Positions 16,187 through 24,800 of a stretch of DNA of 25,795 nucleotides are shown one piece after another. The first letter of the stretch is position 1. Each line of letters opens with the position of its first letter. The notes under the pieces were generated by a model. The model saw only the letters and a program-made list of their open reading frames with translations. It searched no databases and was not told the DNA's origin. The translations under genes were made by a program, and so were the position numbers. The stretch comes from Phycisphaeraceae bacterium (lineage in GTDB: Bacteria; Planctomycetota; Phycisphaerae; Phycisphaerales; Phycisphaeraceae), in the NCBI GenBank assembly GCA_041750925.1, contig JBGSYL010000238.1, positions 1 to 25,795 of the forward strand. The letters are read 5' to 3'.

Positions 16187-17026
16187 ATGCTCCGACTCTC
16201 CAGGAAATCGCTCCTTCTGCTCACCATGCTCATCGCCGCGACGGCGGTCACGACCATCTCTCTCGCCCAGCGCGGCACTCGCCCCATTGATGAGGAGACG
16301 CTTCTGCGAGCCGGACTCTCCGATTGGAAGAACGATCCGAGGTTTGAGAACGATGTCTTCACCTTCGTCCGCGTCATTTACTCCAACTGGGGCGGCCGGC
16401 GGCGCGGTGGAAGCTGGGCGGTTGACTTTCCCGATTCCGATCTCAACTTTTCCTTCCGCCTGCAGCAACTCACTTCGCTCAAGGTCAATCCGCGGCCGGT
16501 GCAACTGGAACTAACCGATGAGCGGCTGTTCGATTACCCCTGGATCTACATGGTGGAGCCGGGCGGGCTGTCGTTCGATGAGGCTGAGGTGAAGGCCCTG
16601 CGGAGGTACCTGCTCAACGGCGGCTTCATGATGGTGGATGACTTTTGGGGCGGTGATGAGTACGACAATTTCCACCGTGAGATCAAGCGGGTGTTCCCCG
16701 ATCGCGAGGTGGTCGAACTGCCCATCGAGCATCCGATTTTTCACTGTGTGTACGACTTGAAAGAGAAGCCGCAGGTCCCCTCGATCGGCCACGGCATGCG
16801 CGGCGAACGGTACGAATGGCGGCCCGGTCCCGACGATGGCAGTCAGGTCCACTACCGCGCCATCTTCGATGACAAGGGCCGCATGATGGTCATCATCTGC
16901 CACAACACCGACCTGGGCGACGGCTGGGAACGCGAAGGTGAGAACCACTACTACTTCAAGGAATTCTCAGAGAAACAGGCCTATCCGATGGGGATCAATA
17001 TCGTGTTCTACGCAATGACACACTGA
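16187..17026 (+). CDS. DUF4159 domain protein (exported)
   Basis: Signal peptide; F.FVRV.Y, W..DFPDSDLN, YPWIYM.EPG, LR.YL.NGGF...DDFWG, HPIFH, GRMMV...HNTDLGDGWE, G.NIV.YAMTH. AGGA RBS. Confidence 0.85.
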   Translation: MLRLSRKSLLLLTMLIAATAVTTISLAQRGTRPIDEETLLRAGLSDWKNDPRFENDVFTFVRVIYSNWGGRRRGGSWAVDFPDSDLNFSFRLQQLTSLKVNPRPVQLELTDERLFDYPWIYMVEPGGLSFDEAEVKALRRYLLNGGFMMVDDFWGGDEYDNFHREIKRVFPDREVVELPIEHPIFHCVYDLKEKPQVPSIGHGMRGERYEWRPGPDDGSQVHYRAIFDDKGRMMVIICHNTDLGDGWEREGENHYYFKEFSEKQAYPMGINIVFYAMTH

Positions 17027-17032
17027 GGGTGT

Positions 17033-17273
17033 AAATCCCAAATCACAAGGATCAAATCTCAAACAAAATAGAAAGCAGAGGAAACGATCCAAATGGGAAA
17101 GCGGAATGGAGCCAAAGTCAGAAAATCTTCGACTGACTTCCGTTTGATCTGGTTTGATTTGTTTGATTTGGTTTGATTCGGCCCCATTGAGATTTGTCTG
17201 TGGTCTGAGATTTGCAGTTTGGAATTTGCCCATTGAAATTTGTTTGTGATTTGTGATTTGAGGTTTGGGATTT
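17033..17273. repeat. 241-bp intergenic heptamer-periodic inverted-repeat element with internal repeats
   Basis: Left AAATCCC AAATCAC AAGGATC AAATCTC; right GATTTGT GATTTGA GGTTTGG GATTT. Perfect 10-bp termini (17033-17042 with 17264-17273). Internal 4x GTTTGAT (17142-17179) and 2x CCATTGARATTTGT. Confidence 0.85.
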
Positions 17274-17291
17274 ATCAACGGAGTGCTCGAC

Positions 17292-18296
<1,005 letters not shown>

Positions 18297-18301
18297 GAAA
18301 G

Positions 18302-18450
18302 GCGATTAGTGAGTGGTGATTAGTGAATAGTAATAGTTATTGGTCGGAGCCGGAGGCCGTCGAACCATCAGCCAATCTCCGATTCCCACTCTTCAATCAC
18401 TAATCACTATTCACTAATAACCAATCACTAATCGCTAATCGCTAATCGCT
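18302..18450. repeat. Intergenic heptamer inverted-repeat element (AATCACT/AATCGCT units)
   Basis: Right arm has eight consecutive heptamers at 18395-18450 (AATCACT x2, ATTCACT, AATAACC, AATCACT, AATCGCT x3). Left arm 18302-18344 carries their complements; GCGATTAGTGA pairs perfectly with TCACTAATCGC. Confidence 0.92.
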
Positions 18451-18460
18451 CGACCTTCCC

Positions 18461-19618
18461 ATGACAACGTCAGCTTCCAATCCGCCGGTCTCCAATGTCG
18501 ATTACATCGACCCGCGGGCTTTGATGCGCATCAAGAGTCTGGAACTGCGGGCCCGGATGATCGTCGAGGGGTTCATGACCGGCATGCACCGCTCGCCTTA
18601 TCACGGCTTCTCCGTCGAGTTCACCGAGTATCGCCAGTACACCGCCGGCGATGACCCGCGCTATATCGACTGGAAACTCTACGCCCGCAGCGACCGGCTG
18701 CACGTCAAGCGGTTCGAGGATGAAACCAATCTCCGCTGCTGGCTGCTGGTGGACAATTCAAAGTCGATGCAGTTTGGCAGCATCACGGATCAGGCGGGTG
18801 AAGCCGCCCCATCTGTTGCAAGCACCCAAGGCCCGCGCACTGCCGCGCGTGGGGCCACCTGGGAAAAATCCGACTACGCCGCCACTCTCGCCGCGACGTT
18901 TGCCTACTTCCTTTCGACCCAGCACGATGCCGCGGGCCTGGTCACCTTCGACGAGGTCATCCGCGAGTATCTGCCGGCCCGCTATCGGCCCGGGCATCTG
19001 CGGCGGCTGATGATCGCCCTGGACCAGCCGGCTGCGGGTGTCACGACGAGTCTCACGGCTCCGCTGCGGCGCATCGCCGATCTGGTCACCAAGCGCGGCA
19101 TGCACGTGCTCATCTCCGATCTGCTTGCCCCGCTCGACGGGCTGGAAACGCATCTGGGATATCTGCGCTCGCGCGGGCATGAGGTGATGGTGTTCCACAT
19201 TCTGGACCCTGCGGAACTTTCGCTGAATTTCGACACTCCGGCGATTTTTGAGGATGTCGAATCCGGCCGCGAGTTGTATGTCGATCCGCAGATCATCCGC
19301 GAGGACTACACCCGCAAGATGCAGTGCCATCTGGCTGCCATCGAGGCCATCTGCGAAGGGCACGGCATCGACTACCACCGCTTCACCACCGACCAGCCGC
19401 TGGAACTGGCGATGTTCGACTTCTTCAGCGCTCGCATGCAGACCAAGCGGCCGACGATGCGCCACGGCGGCTCCAAAGCACCATCCCGACAGGGTGGTGC
19501 CGACGGTCGACAATCATCCTCGACGCCGCGTATCACCGCGCCGCGTACCACCTCCGCAGCAGTTAACACCACGGCACCACCCTTTCGGGATGGTGCTTTG
19601 CCAGGGAGGCCCGCATGA
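18461..19618 (+). CDS. DUF58 domain (vWA-like) MoxR partner protein with C-terminal extension
   Basis: G.HRSPYHGFSVEF.EYRQY..GDD.RYIDWK.YAR, K.FE.ETN, DNSKSM (MIDAS-like), LISD, F.D.ESG. Confidence 0.92.
   Translation: MTTSASNPPVSNVDYIDPRALMRIKSLELRARMIVEGFMTGMHRSPYHGFSVEFTEYRQYTAGDDPRYIDWKLYARSDRLHVKRFEDETNLRCWLLVDNSKSMQFGSITDQAGEAAPSVASTQGPRTAARGATWEKSDYAATLAATFAYFLSTQHDAAGLVTFDEVIREYLPARYRPGHLRRLMIALDQPAAGVTTSLTAPLRRIADLVTKRGMHVLISDLLAPLDGLETHLGYLRSRGHEVMVFHILDPAELSLNFDTPAIFEDVESGRELYVDPQIIREDYTRKMQCHLAAIEAICEGHGIDYHRFTTDQPLELAMFDFFSARMQTKRPTMRHGGSKAPSRQGGADGRQSSSTPRITAPRTTSAAVNTTAPPFRDGALPGRPA
19474..19600. repeat. REP-like palindrome doublet fully inside the DUF58 coding sequence
   Basis: CAAAGCACCATCCCGACAGGGTGGTGCCG (19474-19502) is the reverse complement of 19572-19600 at 28/29 positions. 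Each arm is itself a hairpin (GCACCAYCC-N5-GGRTGGTGC). 69-nt spacer. Confidence 0.88.
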
Positions 19619-21795
19619 GCTTCCTGGCGCCATTCTTTCTTGCGGCGGTCGGCGCGATTTCGCTGCCGATTCTGCTGCATCTGATCCGTCGCACACCGCG
19701 CGGCAAGGTGATCTTCAGTTCGCTGATGTTCCTGTCGCCCACGCCGCCGCGGCTGACCAAGCGGAGCAGCATCGAACACTGGCTGCTGCTTTTTCTGCGC
19801 GGGCTGGCGGTGGTGCTGATCGCCCTGGCGTTCGCCCGCCCGTTCTTCTGGGAGAGCGCCACGGCTGATGCCCAGGAAGCCGGTGATGGCCGGCGGGTGG
19901 CGATTCTCATCGACACCAGCGGCTCGATGCAGCGCGAGGACCTGTGGCGGCAGGCGACGATGGCGGTGGATGCGGCGCTCAACGAGGCCGCGCCGACGGA
20001 TGAGTTTTCGCTGATGGCGTTTGATCGCAGTGTTCGCCGGATGGTCAGTCGCGAGCAGTGGTCGGCTGCTCCGCTGCCGCAGCGGGCGGCACTGATCAAG
20101 GATGCGCTGGCGTCGCTGTCGCCCGGTCATGGTGCGACGAATCTGGGCGATGCGCTCGTCGCCGCTGCCGATGCGCTCAATGAAAATGAAAGCACCACTG
20201 ATGAGCGGGCCTTCACCGGTCAGCGGCAGATCGTGCTCATCACCGATCTTCAGGAGGGCAGCCACCTGGGCCCGCTCGATGGTTACGACTGGCCGGGGCA
20301 GGTGACGGTGAAGGTGGCGCAGGTCAAGGCCAAGGCCGTGACGAATGCGGGGCTGCAGATCGTGGCCGATCGCGAGACGACGAGCGATGCCAAAGACACG
20401 CTGCGCGTGCGGGTGCACAATGCGAGGAATTCCGAGCGCGAGTCGTTCACAATCCGATTCGATCCCCTCGAACTTGCCACTGAATCCGCTCCGGGCGCGC
20501 CGGCGTCTCGCGTGACCATCGCCCCGAAGGCCATCGAGGTCTATGTCCCGCCCGGCGAGTCGCGGACCCTTCGCACGGGCGACCTGTCCTTGTGGTGGTC
20601 GCCGATGGGCAACACGATCAGTCTCGAAGGCGATGATCATCCGTTTGACAACCGCGTGTACCACAGTGCAACGCACCCTGCCGAGGTGGTGATTGTTTAC
20701 ATCGGCGACGACGCCGCCGGCGATGTGCAAGGTCTGCGGTTCTATCTTGAGCTGGTTTATGCCCCTGGCCGCGAACTGATCACGAGAGTGGTCACGGTCA
20801 GGCCCGGGCAGTCGCTGCCACCGGGCGAGACGGATGGCGCGGCGCTGATCATTGTTGGAGAGGCGACGCCGCATACGCAGGCGCTGCGCAAGCGGGCTGA
20901 GGAAGGGGCCACGCTACTCCTGGTCGCCCGCGACACCGGCATGATGCGGACGCTGGCCGACCTGCTGCCATCGTCGCCCGCCGCGACGGGGATCACGCTG
21001 ACCGAGGCGGATGTCAAGGATTACGCGATGCTCAGCGAGATCGACTTCAAGCATCCGCTGTTTGCCCCGTTCGCCGATCCGCGCTTCAGCGATTTCACGA
21101 CGATCCGTTTCTGGAAGCATCGGCGGCTTGATGCGGCGGCGATCGAAGGCTCGCGCGTCCTGGCTAAGTTTGATGATGGTTCGCCGGCGTTGGTGGAGAC
21201 GCCCATCGGCAAGGGGCGCTGTTTCACGCTGGCCGCCGGCTGGCACCCTGCGGACGGGCAGCTTGCCCTTTCGAGCAAGTTTGCCCCGCTCATGCATGTG
21301 CTGCTGCGGCAGGCGATGGGCCAGCCGCCCGCTTCGTCGCGACTGGTCGTGGGTGATGCGATCGATCTGGCTTGGCTGGCGAATTCGCCATCGTATCGCG
21401 GCAAGCCGGTGACGGTGACGGGGCCGGACCAGGGGGCTCTCATGCTTGGCGAGGATCAGCGGATCACGGCGACGGATCAGCCGGGCGTTTATCGCGTGCA
21501 GGTGGGCGAGGAGATGCTGCGCATGGCGGTGAACCTGCCTGCCGGTGAGAGCGAAACGATGCCGCTGCCCGCGGCGGAACTGGAGAAGCGCGGCGTAAGA
21601 TTGTGGCAATCGCAAACGGTTTCAGTCGAAAAGCAGGAAGAACAGAAGCGGCAGATGCGCATGACGGAACTGGAAAACAGGCACAAAATCTGGCGCTGGC
21701 TCATCGTCGCCGCCATCGCGGTGCTCATGCTCGAGACGTTTGTGGCGGGCCGGTTCGCACGGCCTGCGGGCGGCGGGAATGAGACGGCGAGCTGA
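19615..21795 (+). CDS. BatA-type N-terminal double-TM + vWA domain membrane protein
   Basis: MSFLAPFFL...LPILLHLIRR...FSSLMFL N-terminal double-TM motif, IDTSGSM MIDAS, TN, LITD, and C-terminal TM WRWLIVAAIAVLMLE. ATGA overlap with DUF58. Confidence 0.88.
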   Translation: MSFLAPFFLAAVGAISLPILLHLIRRTPRGKVIFSSLMFLSPTPPRLTKRSSIEHWLLLFLRGLAVVLIALAFARPFFWESATADAQEAGDGRRVAILIDTSGSMQREDLWRQATMAVDAALNEAAPTDEFSLMAFDRSVRRMVSREQWSAAPLPQRAALIKDALASLSPGHGATNLGDALVAAADALNENESTTDERAFTGQRQIVLITDLQEGSHLGPLDGYDWPGQVTVKVAQVKAKAVTNAGLQIVADRETTSDAKDTLRVRVHNARNSERESFTIRFDPLELATESAPGAPASRVTIAPKAIEVYVPPGESRTLRTGDLSLWWSPMGNTISLEGDDHPFDNRVYHSATHPAEVVIVYIGDDAAGDVQGLRFYLELVYAPGRELITRVVTVRPGQSLPPGETDGAALIIVGEATPHTQALRKRAEEGATLLLVARDTGMMRTLADLLPSSPAATGITLTEADVKDYAMLSEIDFKHPLFAPFADPRFSDFTTIRFWKHRRLDAAAIEGSRVLAKFDDGSPALVETPIGKGRCFTLAAGWHPADGQLALSSKFAPLMHVLLRQAMGQPPASSRLVVGDAIDLAWLANSPSYRGKPVTVTGPDQGALMLGEDQRITATDQPGVYRVQVGEEMLRMAVNLPAGESETMPLPAAELEKRGVRLWQSQTVSVEKQEEQKRQMRMTELENRHKIWRWLIVAAIAVLMLETFVAGRFARPAGGGNETAS

Positions 21796-21800
21796 TCCAT

Positions 21801-21841
21801 TGACCTGACTGACTTGACTTGACCTGACTCATCGACTTGAC
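21801..21841. repeat. Intergenic TGAC(C/T) pentamer-type micro-repeat
   Basis: Seven TGAC copies at 21801, 21806, 21810, 21815, 21820, 21825 and 21838. Confidence 0.75.
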
Positions 21842-21872
21842 GGATTGCGTCACGACAGACCGGAGCCTCATC

Positions 21873-24800
21873 ATGATCGAATCCCAACTGCTGGAGCAGA
21901 TTCACCAAGTCGCCTTGCGGGCAAGGCAGCTTCGCTATCGCCGGTCGCTGGCCATCGGGCTGCTGCTTGTGGCGGCGGCGGGGATCGCAATCCTGCTCGC
22001 GGCCCAGGGCACTCGGTGGTCGTTCGCGCTGGCGGTGCCGCTGCTTTGCATCGGTGCGACCGCGGCGTGGCTGGTCGCCAGACTCTCATCATCGCGAACC
22101 GATGACACGCGGATCACCGCCCGCGCCATCGAGGCCCGCCATCCGGCACTTGAGTCCCGCCTGCTTACCGCATTGGAGCAAATTGACGATGCTCCCGCCG
22201 GCCTGGGCTTCCTGCAGCAGACGGTCGTGCGCCAGGCCGTCGAACACAGCCAGCAGCACAACTGGCTCGATGCGGTCGATGGCCGCGCCCTTCGCCGGTG
22301 GTCGCTGGCGGGCGGTGTCGCGGCCTTTGCTCTGCTGGCGCTGCTGGTCACATTCATCATCGCGGCTGAGCCGTTCGCATCGTCGCCTGCACCCGCCACG
22401 CAGCTTGCGGTCAACCCGGCACAATCGACCGGTGAAAACACGCTGATCGTCGAGCCGGGCGATGTCAGCATCGAGCGTGGCAGCAGCCTCATCGTCGCGG
22501 CCCGCTTTAACCACACCATTCCCGCCGGCGTCTCGCTCATCATCGAAGGCCCCAGTGCCGCCCTCGATGGCGCGATCACCACCCGCACACTGCCGATGTC
22601 CGCCAGTCTCGATGACCCGCTCGCCGGCAGCCGCGTGCCCAGTGTCACCAGCAACCTCACCTATCGCATCATCGGCGAAGGCGTCGAGTCGCCCACCTAC
22701 CGCGTCACGGTTTTCGATTTTCCGCAGCTCGTGCAGGCCGATGCCTCGCTCAAGTATCCCGACTACACCGCCATCCCCGTCAAGCAGATTGAAGACACCC
22801 GGCAGGTCACCGCCGTCGAAGGAACGCAGGTCACCTGGAGCCTCAAGCTCAACAAGCCGGTGACCAGCGCGAAACTCATCGCCGAGGGCGGGCAGGAGAT
22901 CAACCTCACCCCGGTGGCCGGAAGCGAGGCGATGGTGCAGGGCTCGCTCACGCTGGACAAGTCGCAGCGGTATCGCCTGGCGCTGGTCGATGAAGCGGGC
23001 CGGCGAAACAAGCAGGATGTCGAGTTCGTGATGAGCGCGCTTAAGAACCGTCCGCCGGACTTGAAGCTCGTTTTTCCCAAGCGCGATCTGCGTGTTTCGC
23101 CCTTGGAGGAGACGCTGGTGGTCGGGCAGGCGTTTGATGACTTTGGCATCAAGAGCGCGGGCATCACTTATTCGATGGCCGGCCGGGCGATGCAGGATGT
23201 GGTGCTCATCACCGATGGCGCTGCGAAAACCAATCACGAACTGTCCCATCTGCTTTCGTTTGAGGCGATGCAGGCGGTGCCCGATGAACTGCTTTCGTAT
23301 CACTTCTGGGCCGATGATGTGGGACCCGATGGCAACGTTCGCCGGACCTATGGCGACATGTTCTTCGCCGAGGTGCGGCACTTTGAGGAGATCTTCCGCG
23401 AAGGCCAGGCACCCACCAACAGCGAACAGCAGCAGCAGCAACAACAGCAGCAGCAACAGCAGGGCGGCCAGCAGCAGCAGATCGGCGAAGGGATCAAGCA
23501 GCAGCGCGAGATCATCAACGCGACCTGGAACCTGATCCGCCGCGAGATCGCCGAGCAGCCGACGCCGGCGTTCAAGGAGGATGCCCAGGCGGTGCGCGAG
23601 GCGCAGGAGGCGGCCCTGGGAGGCATGGTCCGCGTCAAGGAGGCGCTGCAGGATGCGCAGTCCCTGGCTCATGTGGAGGAGGTTGAAAAGCACATGGCTG
23701 ATGCCGCTTCGCATCTGGCCCAGGCGGCGGAGACGAATGATCCTGCCGCCCTCAAGCTGGCATTGCCTGCCGAGCAGCAGGCGTATCAGGCGCTGCTCAA
23801 GCTGCAGGCCCGCGAACATGAAGTGGTGCGTGCCCAGCGGCATCAGCAGCAACAGCAGGGCCAGCAAGCCCAGCAGCAGGCCGGCCCATCGCAGCAGCAG
23901 CTCAACGAACTGGAACTTCGCAATCAGGACAACCGCTACGAAACGCAGCGCATGGCCCAGGAGCCGCCGCAGACCCAGGAACAGGCCGCTCAGCGCGAGA
24001 CCCGCCAGGCCCTCAACCGCCTGCGCGATCTGGCACGCCGGCAGCAGGACCTCAACGAAAAACTCAAGGAACTCGACCTCGCTTTGCAGGAGGCCAAGAC
24101 CGAGCAGGAACGCGAGGAGCTGGCCCGCCAGCTCAAGCGCCTGCGCGAACAGCAGGAGGAAATGCTTCGCGATGTGGATGAGCTGCGCAACCGCATGGAA
24201 CAGAACCAGCAGCAACAGGCACAGAATCAACAGCAGCAAAATCAGCAACAACAGCAACAGAACCAGCAACAGCAACAGCAGAATCAACAACAGCAGAACC
24301 AGCAGGCCCAGCAGAATCAGCAGAACCAGCAGGGGGAGCAGAAGCAGGGTGAACAGCAGCGGAAACACGGCGAGCAGAAGCAGGCCCAGGGGCCGCAGAC
24401 GCTGCGCGAGCGCTCCGAGCAGCAACAGGCCAATGATGCCCGCCAGCAGGTCGATGAAGTCAGGCAGAACATCCGCGAGGCGACCGAAGCCTTGGAGAAG
24501 GGCATGACTTCCAAGGCACTGACCGAAGGCACGCGGGCCGAGCGGAAGCTGGAGGAACTTCGCGAGGAATTCCGCCAGCGGGCCTCGGGGCAGTTCGCCG
24601 ACGATGTGAAGGAGATGCGCAGCGATGCCCGCAGGCTTGCCGGCGATCAGGAAAAGCTGGGCGAGAAGATGAAGGAGGTCGAGAAACAGGGGCCGCGTTC
24701 CTTGCGTGACACGGGCGAGCGCAAGCAGGTGGCCGATGCCCTGGGCGAGCAGAAGGAGAAGCTGGAAAACCTCACCGAGCGCATGCGCCGCGTCACCGAG

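Noticed and set aside
2214-17291. ORF-track starts at 2214, 3808, 6256, 8619 and 17265
   Set aside because: These extensions run through or next to repeat elements or non-conserved sequence. Downstream starts (2274, 3901, 6316, 8703, 17292) match the family N-termini and mostly have RBSs.
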